Source: the human T2T-CHM13v2.0 reference genome, Homo sapiens
Direction: 5' to 3' (one strand)
NCBI RefSeq assembly: GCF_009914755.1
Contig: NC_060944.1
DNA length: 64,000 bases
Shown here: piece after piece, positions 1 to 14,139 of the stretch
Layout: every line of letters starts with the position of its first letter
Numbering within the stretch: position 1 is the stretch's first letter
Made by a program: the position numbers and the translations under genes
Notes under the pieces: generated by a model
The model's input: the letters and a program-made list of their open reading frames with translations, nothing else
Databases searched by the model: none
What the model was told of the DNA's origin: nothing

Positions 1-2274
1 AGCCAAGGGCATATAGGCAGGGCAACAACATCTGTGCACCTTGCAGCTGCCTGCTAGTTTCCTAGAAACATATTCTCAGACATGCCTAAGAAGAAATGCA
101 CTTGTAGGTGTTTCAAACGCAGGGGTCCCTGAGTTACCAGGATAAAACCCATAGAGTCCCAACAGACATCTGTACCAAAAGAGGAAAGCACTTGATTACT
201 GAGGACACTCAGACGGTGGTGGGAGAGAGTGAGGAAAGGAAGAGCGAGGGTAAAGAAGAAAAGTTGTTATTAGAATTAAAGGTGATCCAAAAAGCTTTAG
301 GCAACTGTCACGAAAATCATAAGACTCTACGGAAAGAAAAAGACTGTCGGTCATTTTTCAACCACCATCCAGTCTGTACCACCTTGACTGAATAGCCTGA
401 ACTTGGTAGGGTTTAAATAGTAAACAACCTTATTCCAGATAGGCTCTTTTGCATAGGTGTCCTTTCCTTGCTCTGGACAAAAATTTGTGAAGACATCATG
501 GATTTCTAGTCACGTTTATTTATAATAATCACCTAATTTTAATGATTAATATTCACAAATAAGTCACAAATCATAGTCTATTACTATTATTTACAATGAA
601 AACTACAAATGTACTCCAATAAAAGTCCCTCTTACATTCTTTATATCTAAACAATATTGCCCATTTCTTCACAGAACAATACTTATTTCCTATCAAGAAA
701 ACCCCATATTCAGTCTGCAAGTTATTTTTATAAACATTTTTATTTGAGGTCATTAGTTTTGACCTTTGATTTACAAACTTGGTCCTGTTTCCAAAGGATT
801 TGACAGGCAATCACAGCCCTTATCTTGAAATGGGGCTGGTAGTCCCTCCCTCTAAAAGCTTCTAAGATTGCAAAGCCTACCTTATTATGCAGCATCCTGT
901 TTAAGTCCATGTGCAAAGAAATCACTCAACCTGCCCAGGTACATAGTGGTACATACATCACTAATTGTTCAAACTTTGCTGATTATACATTCTTCCTTCC
1001 AGAGAATTAATACTGAAGCAATTGCTCACTCTGATAGAGTACTTGAGCATAGTCAGAATTTTTCATGTAAAAGAAAACAGCCAGATATCAGGACCTGTTT
1101 CATCAGTATCGCTTCTAACTGTACATTAACACCAAGAAATATTAAAGCCACATTCTTTGTGTGAAAGCAATAAGAAGGTTAAAGATGGCTTTTGTAATTA
1201 GCTTTCGAAATTACTTGTTGGCATCACACCTTCCGTATGAAAATGCAAATATGCTCTCAGAATGGGATTCCGGAGTGTTAAGTATTCATCCTCGCTGCTG
1301 TATGCATAGGAGTTTATCCACAGAACTTTGGAAGGGTCAGCCACAATTTTATTTCAACTGGCAGTTAGGTTATGTTTTATTCCATGGATAAACTTCTATA
1401 TAATATAATTTAAATTAAGGAGTTCAACACTAAAGGAATTCTAACTCTCAGTGATTTTTTTAAAACAGATGATTCAACATCATTCATTTAATTAGTTTAG
1501 AGGGGAAAATTTGGAAATTAATCATCACCCTAGTTCTTAAGTATTCATGATGCCTTTTCAAATAGTTGTAAAATATACCTTCACAAACTTTGGAAATTTT
1601 GGCATTTTAAAAGATTTAGGCATGGTCATGACAAAGTTCCAAAACTGGGAGGAAGGATGTTATCCTAGAATGAGTGAGAGTTCACCTGGGCCAATCAATA
1701 CCAGCTTGGCAGCTGTGTGAGCCTGATGGACAAATCCTGGATTTCTTCCATCTCCAGTTTCTTCATTAAAAAAAATTAAATAAATAAATACATTACTCTC
1801 TCCCCACCAACACACGAACTCACAAAACAAAAAGTCTATATTATGAGTTTACTAAAAGAATTAAATAAAATAAAGTATATAAAGTGACTGCCACAGTAGC
1901 AATGCTAGTTTCTCCTCTACCAGCAAATCATGGGTCAATATTATAATATATTTCCACTTTATTCTGAGTGTCCTGCAGTTGAATTGACTTAAGGTTAAGC
2001 AAAGAAGAATGGCAACTTTCCTGGTTCCGTGGATGGCAAATAAGTCATTTATGATAAGAGAATACAATTGATCCTTTGTGAAGGCAATTGATATTCCTCT
2101 TTCAGAAAGGGGATAAAAGTGGCACTCCTTGTAAATCTGACATTTTTCTTGATAATCTAAGAGTGGGATAAGACCCTCTTAACACAGATGGCAAGGAGAA
2201 ATGGCTTTGGCTTTTTATTCTCCAAATGCAAAAAGTCAATGCAGAAACAAAAGTTTAATTCATTGTAGTAGTTT

Positions 2275-2395
2275 CTCTCCCTCCTCCCTTCTGCTTCCAT
2301 TCTCTCTCTCTTCATCTCTCGTTTACCTGTCCATTTCCATCTTCCCCTCCCTCCCTTTCTCTCCCTCTCTCTCTCTCTCACATGCACATACACTA
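2275..2395. repeat. CT-rich low-complexity tract
   Basis: Run of ctct/ctcc units; explains ORFs 2157..2450 and 2201..2440. Confidence 0.8.
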
Positions 2396-3189
2396 CACAA
2401 TTTCCCCATAAGTAATACCAATAAAGCCAAAGAACAGTAATTACAGACATTTCTAACTCAAAGAGCCATATAGTTCACATTAGTGGAAACTTGTCAGTAA
2501 TGTAGAATTTCAATGTAGTTCTGCAGATATATTATGTGTTACTGTATCATAATCATACATTTACATGCTAAAACCAAAAATGCTGTTGAGCAAATAAATT
2601 TTGAGTCATATAATAAAGCTCATTAACACTTTATAAAGATACGCATTACGACCAGCTGCCTACAAGTAAGGAATATAACCATGCACTCATAAACACTTTT
2701 GAATAAGCTGTGTTGAACAATTTATACTTTTAAAATAATACCTCTATCTAGTTTCTCACTTCAATCTAATGTAAATAATTGGATATCAGTTGTATAAATT
2801 TATGATTGTCATAAATCTTTGGAATTAACTGTATATAGAGTTATTCAAATCTCATGGTCTATAGAACCTGCCTATCATCAAGGTCCTTTTTTTTTTAAGG
2901 TTTTTCAGGACAAGTTGAATCACATAAGATCTCTATTAGCTAGATGACATTGAATTGAATATAGAACAATATACTACTTACACTTTAACTTTGCACTATA
3001 ATTCTAGTTTTGATTTTCAATGATATATGTCCAATGAGGAATTTAAGATAAATAAATTGGACTGATAGCTGCAAAAAATCTTATTATATTAAAACAATTT
3101 CTGAAGGTCAATTGCAAACTAGAGTTTTAAGTATAAAACGAAAGTCTATATTATTTTTAAATTTTAAGTAGTGAGATACAGTGATGGCC

Positions 3190-3200
3190 GTGTGTGTGTT

Positions 3201-3235
<35 letters not shown>

Positions 3236-3239
3236 GTGT
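3190..3239. repeat. (TG)n microsatellite, interrupted
   Basis: About 25 TG units with two TT interruptions. Confidence 0.95.
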
Positions 3240-3314
3240 ATTTTAAAGAGGTGAGTTACTTTTTCTGGGAGGGTCATGGGGTATGACTTTGTATTTCCTC
3301 TTCTCTCTTTTTGT

Positions 3315-4395
3315 TAAACATTTTATTTAGGTATAACATGTATACAGAAAAGGGTACAGCTTAACGACTTTTCACAAAGGGAACACATTCCTGAAACCAC
3401 AGTGCAGTCCAAGGAGGAAAATGCTAGAAGCCTTCCTCAAGCTGTGCCCAAGTAACCAACTCCATCAAAGGCAAAACATTATCTTAGCTTCTCCCACCAG
3501 AGATTGATTGGTCTGCTTGATTTTGGACTTAATATGAATAGAATCATTACATCATACAATTCTAAGTGTGTTTGATTCAACATTTTGTATTTGTGAGATT
3601 AATTCATGTCGTGATAGGCCATGTTCTTTCTTATTGCTGTCTAGTATATCATAGCATGACTATACCATAATTTGTAAGTTCATTTTACTGTTGATGGACA
3701 CTTGGGTTGTTTCTAATTCAGGACTTTTAAAAATAATGCTGCCTGAATGTTCAAGTACGTGTCTTTTGGTGACATGTATGATGCATTATTATTGGGTATA
3801 TACATACCTAAGAGTAGCATTGCTGTGTCAAAGGATATGAGTATATTTGGCTTTAGTAGAGTGTTCCAGTCAGCTTTCCAAAGTGCTCAATTTACACTCC
3901 TGCCAATAGCTTAAGAGTTGCTCCACATCCTTATTCACATTTCCAATTGTCAATCCTTTCATGATTGTCATTCTGGTGGGTGTGCAGTGGCATCTCATTG
4001 TGGCTTTATTTTGCATTTCCCTAGTGAGTTTGAGCTTCTTTCATGTGCCTTGGCCATGTAGATATCCTCTTTTGTGAAATATCTGTTCAAGTCCCTTGCC
4101 GATTTTCACATTAGGTTCTCTTCCTTTTTCTTACTCATTTGATGGAGTTCTTTATAAATTCTGGATATGTCGAACAAACGTACTGAAATGTTTTCTTCCA
4201 CTTTATGGTTTTCCTTTTCGTGCTCAAAGATGTATTTGATGAATACTTGTTAGTTTAGTCCAATTTACATATCTTTTCCATTATATTTATTACCTTCTAT
4301 GTCCTATTGAAAAAGTCTTTGCTCCCACCAAGTTCATAAATACATTATCCTGCTTTTAGATTTACGATCTATCTGAAATCGATCTATGTGTATTG
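3315..4395 (-). mobile_element. Old L1 (L1MC/L1ME class) 3' region
   Basis: Antisense L1 motifs gatggacacttgggttgtttc, ctcattgtggcttt..tgcatttccct and tctgttcaagtccctt. Confidence 0.75.
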
Positions 4396-4790
4396 CAACT
4401 GGAGCTTGAATGGATTCTAAAAAGGGAAATGCAGTGACCTTTAATAACCCTTGCTTCTGAAGGAGAGCATTTCTTAACACTTCCAAGGAACTAAGGTAAA
4501 TTTGGGAGAAACTGACCCAACAGCCACATTAATTAAGATGTGAAGGTTGGCAAATATCTATTGAAGGAATCTTCCAGTGAATATTATCTCATTAACTACT
4601 ACTCAAAACAACTGAATAAAAAGGATACTGTTGAGAAGCTATTTACAAAGAAAGCACAATACCTTCGTTTCCTCTGCTGGTAACTCTCAAATTCTAAAAA
4701 AAAAAATTCAACTTTTAAATTCTAAAAAAACTTCTAAGTTCTATAAAAACCAACCCTCAGCATATACATGTTTAGAAAAGCTCCATAGAC

Positions 4791-5010
4791 CAGTGTTATC
4801 TAGTAGAAATGAAATGTGAGTCATACATGTTAACTTTAAATTTCCTAGTAGCCACATTAAAATTAAATATCAAGTGAAATTAGTTTTAATAATATATTTT
4901 ATTTAACGTAAGATATCCAAAATATTTTTATTTCAACATATGGCACTAGCCACACTTCAAGAGTTCAATAGCTCCATGTGGCCAGTGGCTACCATACTGG
5001 GTAACCCAGC
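4791..5010 (-). mobile_element. MER33 (hAT-Charlie), internally deleted
   Basis: aaatttcctagtagccacatt...ctagccacacttcaagagttcaatagc..gtggctacc. Confidence 0.75.
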
Positions 5011-5122
5011 CATAGACAGTTACATGAATACAATGACCTCCTTTATAAATATTACAATTTACATTATCTACAGATCAATCCATTTTATATTCATATGACA
5101 GCCACATATTGAAAGAAGAACA

Positions 5123-5275
5123 CAGTGGTTCTCAAGGTGCAACCTCTGGACCATCAGCATAGGTATCACTGGGGATTGGGAGAAATGAAAATTCTTTTGG
5201 AATCAGGCTCTCTAGTGGGTGGGTCTAGCAATCTGTGTTTCTGTGATTCTCATGTGTGCCCCAGTTTTCAAACTA
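5123..5275. mobile_element. MER5A-like hAT-Charlie element
   Basis: cagtggttctcaa terminal repeat; ggtctagcaatctgtgttt. Confidence 0.7.
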
Positions 5276-5744
5276 GGAATAACAGATCCACATTTTTGTT
5301 TTATACAGTGACATTTACTCTATATTACAACATTGTAAATATACTGTCTTGTCTGAAGCAGAAGCATTTTGGGGGGTTATTTAACCTCATAGTCAGGTTA
5401 TCATCTCACATCTTCCAAATAGGACTGCCCATGGCACGACAAATGGTCTACTACTCTCTGAGACAGACGTGTGGGAGAAAGTTTCTTTTTTCTGTTTCCT
5501 GATGATTCTCAATTGCCACAGGCATCTATTACATTTGCAGAAGCAAAGACTTGGACCCACACAGTAATAATCAGAGTAAGAAAATTGTATTATGGAGAAA
5601 AGCAAATAACCACTTTCATCTTATTAGCTCTGTATGTAGAAAGTGAATATGTAAAGAAGTACTTGAAGAGTTTTTATTTTTTTAATTTTCATTTTTGTGG
5701 ATTAGAATATACAATCTGGGAAGATCCAGTTTTACTAGATGAAT

Positions 5745-5870
5745 ATCTCTGCAGAGGCAGGGAACTTTCTCCAAACTTCTCATTGCAGTATCCCCAGCAC
5801 ACAGAAGAGCCAGACACCTAGTAAGTTCTCAATAAACATTTGTTGAATGAATGAATGGATAGATGGATGC
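5745..5870 (+). mobile_element. L2 3' end
   Basis: ctcaataaacatttgttgaatgaatgaatg tail. Confidence 0.8.
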
Positions 5871-6087
5871 TTGATAAACCTTTCTCCATGTCTTAGATTC
5901 TGGCTTAGGAAGATAAATTAGCTCAGTTGCTGGAAATCCCTTATTATTTTAGCACAAAATGACCTGAATCATCCATTTTCTGTTTTTCAAGCAGCATTCC
6001 TCCTTCCCCCAAAAGACTTCTTGCCATCTAAACATTCATTTAGAGAAGGTGCAGATTTTAAGGGAAGTTCTCTTTTGTTAAAACGCG

Positions 6088-6640
6088 AACTCCATAAGGG
6101 TAAAGATGTTTAGTTCACTGTTTTATTTCTATAAGTCAGAACACTGCCCATCATGTAACAGATGCTGAATAACTATTTGTTGAAACAATAGATTTTATCC
6201 TTATGAAATTTCATTACAGCCCTTCTCTCTCCCCTCTACACACAACCATGGAAACTCATCAATTTATGTGTTTCTCCATGTTGTTTTACCTGCCCCAAAT
6301 ATCTCCAAATATGCTATTCCCTGTATCTACCTAGCTCCCACCAGTCTTCTAGACCCAGTTAAAGACTTTGGCCCTCTCAGAGAAGCTCCCCAACAACTCA
6401 AGGTTGTCTGAATCTTTATGGTTGTGTCTAAATCTCCAAGATTCTACTCCACTTAATCCAACACTTGTTAGCTAGCATGATGTCTTTCATTTACTAATTT
6501 TGCATCCTTGTATTTCATAATCTTTCTCTTACCATATAGACTTGTGGCTACTTGAAGGCTAGAACCATGGAATACATTTAGTTTGCTCATTAAAAAATCT
6601 TCCCCATACCTTTATTAGTCTGTAGAACATATTAGGCATA
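6088..6640 (+). mobile_element. L2 fragments
   Basis: gaactccataagggtaaagat...tatttgttgaa; cttgaaggctagaacc. Confidence 0.5.
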
Positions 6641-7109
6641 ATTATGACTTATTTTAAAAAGGAAGCTTTTAGACAATACTTCTTGTCCAAGAACAGTCTT
6701 AGTTGACTATTGTTAGGCTGACATAATTATTAACAGCTCTCCTTTTCACTCTCAAACCAGTCTTGGTTTGGACAATACACATTTTCCCAAGTTATGGCCA
6801 ACATTGATTTAGTAAAACATTGACTAATGTTTTAATACAATAAAATGTTGACATGGGCTAATTGACATTAGCCCATGATGTTAGTACTGTTTGACCATAT
6901 GATGAATTTGACACATACAATGCCTTTTGCTAGATACTATCTTTACTTATTTAGATTTGTAAAAGGAAGAAAAAAATCAGATAGCATTACAAGTGGGAGA
7001 GGGCTTGATTAATCTTATCAGAATCCTCAATATAATGCTTAGAAACCTTTCTGAGAATAAGAGGGAAAAGTGGTATAACCCCTCAACTATATACTCTTTT
7101 TCTTTATTT

Positions 7110-7300
7110 GAACTTTTAAAGCCTTTTCACACATGATTTCCTTTGATGTTTACAACACTCCTCTTAAGTAGTTCAGGGTGGTAGATACTGGTATTTCTTT
7201 TTAGACATAAGGAAAAACAACTCCATGGAGTTATACTCTTTGGCCAGCCAGAAAGAGAGGATAGTATAAATCCCAGTGCTTTCTATTGTAACTGTATAGC
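7110..7300 (-). mobile_element. MIR
   Basis: ttttcacacatgatttcctttgatgtttacaac core. Confidence 0.5.
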
Positions 7301-7579
7301 TCCTTTTCTCCCCATGAATGCATGATCTTTAACTTCTTTCCCATAACTAATGATACTTATATCCATTTCCCAATAAAAAACAAACATTAATTACAAGAAT
7401 CAAAAAGCACTTCATCTAAGGAATGTTTGCAGACATGCCATTTGGTTTGCTTTCTAAGTCACAGGGCTAAGAATGATCATACCTCCCATTCACTTCACAC
7501 TGGACACTTTGTTAGGATGCCTTTGGCTTTGTTTCATACCAAACTTAAGGAACAGACAAAGCATGGATTTCACTTTGTT

Positions 7580-7700
7580 TCACCCGGAGCTCAGAGAGGT
7601 TAAGAAGTGAACTCAGGACTGCACTGCTGTCTATAAGTGATGTAGCTAAGCATGATTTAAGACACCTGATTCCTACCTAGGTCAAGTACCTTTGATTTTG
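7580..7700 (-). mobile_element. MIR fragment
   Basis: gctcagagaggttaag core motif. Confidence 0.55.
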
Positions 7701-8877
7701 ACCAGTGAGAATTCCATGGAATAAAATGCCAAATTTCCCATGAAGCTTATTGTAATGAGATATAACTTGATTTTAAAACACAGAGATGTAACAACTGGAA
7801 GTTAACAAAATAACCATTTTTAAAATTTTTCCTATCTTTCCTGCACTATAAATAAGCAAGTGAAGCACTTTATAGATTCTGAGTTATTTCCATGTTTTCT
7901 ATTTTGAGTAGTGATGTTTGAATAATGTGGAGATAGAGGAAACTTTGAATTAGGAACAAATCCTTAAAGAACGGTCACAATGCCCTCCTCTGCATCCCCT
8001 GTACTACAACCAGATCTCTGCTTGCTGTCTTTTGTGTCCTATCAGCTGCAATAAGCCACCACTATTTACAGGTTGTTTGAAATACACAGTCCTGATTGTA
8101 ATATTAGAGGTCTTTCTAGCTTAAGGGCTCAGTGAATGTTTCCCCTTCTTCAGTTACTCCTTTGGTTTTTACTGCAGATTCTCCTTGTCTCACTTTCTGC
8201 CCTAGAGAGCAGATGCCAAATAAAATAGGCTGGGAGCTTCTTTTAGGTACTTTCCAATTGCTTCCTTTCAAGGCTGCACTTACTCATCCCCCAGGTATGA
8301 GAAACAATCTGTATGGAAACACCAGTTCCTAGTAGTAGAGAAATAGCCTTGGGTGTATATTTTCTTCCCCTCAGTCTATTCCTTTTGAAACTTGAAAAAA
8401 AAATATTAAGCTTATGAGGGAAAAGAGAAGGGTTATTTTGCTTCTTGTTTTTTTTTTTTTTTTTTTAATTTTATTTGCAGAGACTAGGATGCTCTGGGGA
8501 AGATGTGAGATCAACATATACATAAGTAATGCTCCACAAAGAGCCACTCCTTCAAGCTTGGTAGGAATAAAAAAAACTCTACATCTCTGTGATAGATAAG
8601 GAACTTGTATTTCACAAGTGGGAACCTGGAGGACTTGGAAAAAAAAGTGAAATATCGTGTCACATGGGGAATCAGAGTGCCTTCCTCTCTACATGCATGC
8701 ATTTGTGATGGAGATGTCTCAGTTGGTGAAGGGTTGGAAGGGTGGACCTTCAAGCACCCGGTCCCCTCATGCCTATGGCAAATGGGGATACTTAAGAACC
8801 TCCTTCAAATTACTAAGCAGTTACCCCTGAGCTGCAAAAGGAGACAGTTAACTCAGCATATCAAACTAGTTTTTTGA

Positions 8878-9505
<628 letters not shown>

Positions 9506-9699
9506 TGATAAAGTATCCACTAGGCTGTTATACCAGGGAGAAGAAAATCCCAAGCAATAAAAGAAGCAATCAAAAGCAAAAATACCTTAAGACAGAAAAG
9601 TCATTTTCCTTGACACAAAATAATCCAATTGCCAGTGCAGATAGGATTTGCATTTTGAAACTCATCCATCTCAAGCTACATGCTGCATATTTGAACTTG

Positions 9700-10020
9700 T
9701 CTGCAGGCTAGATTCAGCACATAGGGCGCCCCAAACATGTTTTGTTCCCCCAGAAAATCAGGTCACTTGTTGTTTGCATATTTTTGTTTTTTAATAAAGC
9801 AATGTTTAAAAATTAGGAGGTTTTATATTAGAAAACTCTAGCTTTCAAGCTTCCTTTAAAAAACTGGAATATCTGGCCCACATTCCCATAGAGCAATGAT
9901 AGATTGGAGATAGGTAGGAGCCATTGCATTTACACAGGCCTACGTTTCCCTCTTTAAAAAGTTCTCACCCCCTGCCTACTTTGCCTTACACCGTGTGGTC
10001 TCCACAGGCATGAGAACCCT
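9700..10020 (+). mobile_element. MER102-like hAT-Charlie element
   Basis: gcttcctttaaaaaactggaatatctggcccacattccc. Confidence 0.5.
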
Positions 10021-10609
10021 GCTCCGCCCTTTGACGAGTCAAGCAAAGTCATTCACATTTCTCTCTATATATATAGAGATAGCAGTTCCAAAAATGAAAG
10101 TGTTCTGAACTGTTAAAAGTTTGTCTTTGTGCATGTCAAACTTTGAAACGTGTGAAAATATTCCTGAAATGTACCACTTACTATCATGTTTCTAAAAAAT
10201 GACTAAATAAGAGGGACAGCTCAGTACATGTTGAATGTGAGCGTTCCATAAATAAGGAATGTGTGGAGAGGGGACCAGCTGAGCTTGCCTCTGACTAGAG
10301 AAACGTCACTCAGGATCTATGCCCACAGGCCCAGTCTTCTGATCAATACCTGTTAACCATGTGAAAAAGATACTGCACAAGAGATAAGAATACCCCTCTG
10401 ATTCATTCAATTAAAGACTTCCTGGACCAAACTCAATGCCATTATAATTGGTGCACTGGGCAGTTGCTAATTGCTCTAAGTCATTTTCAGGCAAGTAGAG
10501 AGACAAAGTTATTTCATTTTTGGTAGTATGCAGTCTAGGTAATTTAAAGGATCCCTATGCTAAAATGCAAATATATCCTGGATACATTTATAAAAAGGTC
10601 AATTTTGAT

Positions 10610-10908
10610 GGCCTGGTATGGTAGCTCATGTCTGTAATCCCAACACTTTGGGAGGCTGAGGCAGGAGGATCACTTAAGCTCAGGAGTTCCAGAGCAGCCA
10701 GGGCAACATAGCAAGACCTCGTCTGTACTAAAAATATAAAAAATTAGTCAGGTGTGGTGGCCTGCACCTGTAGTCCCAGCTACTTGGGAGGTTGAGATAG
10801 GAGGACTGCTTGAGCCCAGGAGCTTGAAGCTGCTGTAAGCCATGACTGTATCACTGCACTCCAGCCTGCACAACAGAGAGACCCTGTCTCAAAAAAAATT
10901 TAAAAAGA
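10610..10908 (+). mobile_element. AluJ
   Basis: Full dimer, J-type positions, A tail. Confidence 0.95.
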
Positions 10909-11439
10909 AGTAATAAGTTTTGCTAGGCTCAGTAGTTAGTAAATGAAATATCCGAGCTTCCCTCCACCTTTGCCCTCAAAAATAAATGACAGAGAAATGA
11001 CACCAGAGAAATGATTTAGGAATTAAACTAATGAAAATGACTGGGTAGCTCTAAAGGAATATGATGATAACAACACTGCTCTAAAGACAAAGCCTAGGCC
11101 CTGGGCAATGGGAGGCAGAGCAGCCAAGCCTGAGAGTCAGTCCCTAGCGTGGAATCCCAGAAGACAGCCAATGTTTCTGACTCCTAGAGAACACAAAGCA
11201 ATACTCTCCATGGGAAAACATCCCCAGTAGAGGCCCTAAGGATTCCTGCATGCTTGCATCAATACTCAAATATTACCCATGACCTGAGGAGCTTTGGTCA
11301 CCCAGAGCCCCAGATGACCAAATAACAATCAACTGGTTTACTGTACCGATTGTACATCATGTATTAGAATTAGCAGGTAGATATGCAATCACGATGTGTA
11401 AAATGTACAAAAAATTAAAAACGGAATAAACATGAAACA

Positions 11440-13500
11440 TGAACATGAGCTGACTGCCATGGTTCCTTTGCCATCTCTGAACTGACTTAGATGTGGAAAC
11501 CTATAAAGGGCCCGTGATATTCCATGGTTTATAACCCTTCAGTTGTTCTCCCCTGTTATCCAAACTGCAGATCTATTAGCTGCCCAGTTATTTTGTCCCA
11601 AAGATTTCCAGGATCTCTTAGCCACTGTTAGATCCCTGTGGCTCAAGGCACCCTGACTGCCACTTTAATTTTGCTATGCATTATAGTAGTTAAGGCCACC
11701 TGACCTCTAACACTAAGCACTGCTACTTAGCCTCTGTTGTTCTGGGCCTCATGATCCCAGCAATATTAGGAAGATTAACTCCTGGACAGCTTCTTCAAAT
11801 GTCAATCCCAGCCCATAGATGGCAGCCTTTACAGACCACCTTCTCAAAGGTGTCAGCACTCCTTTTCAGGATCCCTTATTGTCTTTGTGAAGGGAGTGTC
11901 CTCTGGGCCTTCTTAGTTAGAAATAGTCAAGTGATAGATTGTACCTAAAACCTTTTTAACATGCATTCTAACATCCCTCCTCTCTGAGCCGTCAGACCCT
12001 TTATTGAGACTGTCAAAGAACTTGTGGCATTTCCTCATTTGCTGTAGGCCATCAGAACATACAGGATTTGAAGAACCACCCCAGAAAACTATCGGGATCA
12101 GCTCCAAGTGTCCTTGACAAACAACTGAATCTTGACTTATGAGTGAGTGTCTCTATATCAATGAATACCCTCTGATCTAGCATTATGTTGTATGGTGAAT
12201 GTACCTGATAACAACTACTTAAGCATATGCTAAGAATGACCCTGTATGGTGCACCTGAATGCAGTTGGGAATTCCGAGCTAGGGAATCCAGGAGTGGCCA
12301 ACCCAGAGAGCTATTCCTTTTCTATGAGGAACATCTGGGCCCCATCCTGTCATGTGGAATGTGGGCTGTGCAGGGGATTGAGGCCCTGTGTTTTGGGTTA
12401 AAAGGTTGCCAGGTGGAAGTTATTGGGGGAGGGTGCTAAGTGAAAATGCTACATAAACTGTATGCTTTTTGCAAGTGTTGTGGTTCTCCGGTCTAGCTCA
12501 CCACCACTGGACTCTCTCCCCTGTATGTAAGACCTTCATGAGACCCAATGTCTTGTTTCTGGCTCTGGGTCTCTTCTTCTGCCTCTTGAACTTGGTGCCA
12601 TCCCCAGTGAAGTCAATAAGAGTTCAGCACAACATATATCCCCCCCTCCACTCTAATACAAGGTCCACTCCCGGGTGGGTTTCAAGGTACTTCAATTGTT
12701 CAGTGGATAGGCTATTTCCCCCTGGAGAGGGCTGATACTTCTCTGCTGAGTCTACACCCTAGTTATCAGCATGGAGGCAATGAGCAGTGGCAGAGAAAGA
12801 TCTTAAGACATGCAAGAATTATCTCATAAGGCACCTGCTTCAGGTGAGATTCCTACATAACTGTTGGGCAAGGAAAGCTGTTCTTCTCTGTCAGAAAAAG
12901 AAGGATGACGCCTGTCTTCCAGGGTGGTTTAAGGGAACTTAGAAGTTTAAGGTCCTCAAGCTCATCCATCCAAATGAACTCATCCCACGTCTCCTTATTC
13001 CGAACATGGCCCTGAGTTTGAAACAGAAGATTTTACAAAGCTGTGTATCCTGTCTCCTTGGCAGCCCTACCAGCCTTATAGTCAGATCCTGGGCCTGTGT
13101 TACAACACAGTCTGCCCTGCAGTGACCAGAGATTAGTCTCCTTTAAAGTAGCCATAGATGATGTCCTCTGGCTTTCAGAGCATGCCTTAAGTTGGCAATG
13201 AACCATCCTCAGCTTAACATTTTCTTTCCGCAGGTCAAAAGTAGCCATCTACTTCACAATCTGCATAATTATCAGTGCTCTAATAGCCACTTTGTGTTGC
13301 AGCTAGTAGGCCTCCTAACACCTGACCTTCCACTTAAGCCATTTCCCAATTTACTGCAGATGAGAGCTTAAGTAATTGTAATGCTGCTGCCTGCCTGCCA
13401 GGGTTTATTTTTATCCCAATTTACCACTAAATATATGATCCCTATTGCTTTCAGACAGGTCAGTAATCAAATTCCAAAATCCTATCTGTAGGGTATCTTG
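11440..13500 (-). mobile_element. Degraded ERVL/MaLR-class internal sequence, interrupted by a solo LTR
   Basis: Resembles antisense class-III ERV internal sequence (ggccacctg.., gatccca.., aaggtgtcagc); adjacent LTR-like piece at 13,513. Confidence 0.4.
12186..12634 (+). mobile_element. Solo LTR, LTR47-like
   Basis: TG...CA ends; gaatgaccctgtatgg, ggaatccaggagtggccaaccc, gtgctaagtgaaaatgcta. Confidence 0.7.
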
Positions 13501-13512
13501 TCTGCAACTACT

Positions 13513-13850
13513 TGTTTTAGTTCAGTTTCCCTAGGACACTGAACCTGAGACATGCACTAAGCGCTGAGGTTTTAATTGGAATATGAAATCCAAAGGTGTG
13601 AAAGAGAAGAGATAGGAAATGAAGCAGGGAAGGGTGAGCAGCAAGACAAAGTGAGACGTTACTGCTGTGACCACTGCATTACCATGAAGAAATACAGCCA
13701 GTGGTCCAGCAAAGCATCTGCTATGTGACACGCAACACCTCTAAACATGCTGGACAGAGACATGCTGTATAGGCCTTGAGAGAGAGAGATCGTCAGAGAG
13801 AGAAATGGAAATGGAATTTACCTGCCCTGCTACCTTCTCTTTCCCACAGG
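13513..13850 (-). mobile_element. ERVL LTR (LTR33/LTR41-like)
   Basis: tgttttagttcagtttccctagg..cctgagac..gaagcagggaagg resembles the antisense ERVL LTR end. Confidence 0.5.
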
Positions 13851-13854
13851 AGCA

Positions 13855-14075
13855 AGACGCTCTCAACCAGGTACAATCTTGTTCCCTGGGGAAACATTTG
13901 GCAAGAGGTAGTTTTATGTCTAGAGGCATTTTTTATTTTCATTACTTGGGGGTGCTATTGGCACCTAGTGGGTAAAGGCCAAGCGTGCTGCTAAATGTGC
14001 TGCAAGGCACAGGACAGTATCCCATGGGAATTATGCAGTCCAAAATGCCATCACTGCTGCTGTTGAGAGACCCTA
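13855..14075 (+). mobile_element. MER20 (hAT-Charlie)
   Basis: ctctcaacc..acatttggcaa..ctagtgggtaaaggcca..gttgagagaccct. Confidence 0.85.
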
Positions 14076-14139
14076 ACCTAAGTACTGGAAAAATCAAGAA
14101 AATCTGAAGAGATAAATGAGATGTGTCTAATTAAAAAAA

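Noticed and set aside
4688-4740. Repeated aaattctaaaaaaa motifs
   Set aside because: Low-complexity A/T sequence, not distinguishable from slippage noise
10015-10080. Possible promoter or enhancer (ctccgccc, gagtca, caaagtca; tctctatatatatagaga palindrome)
   Set aside because: Short motifs expected by chance, partly at a transposon end, no CpG island; the palindrome is low-complexity
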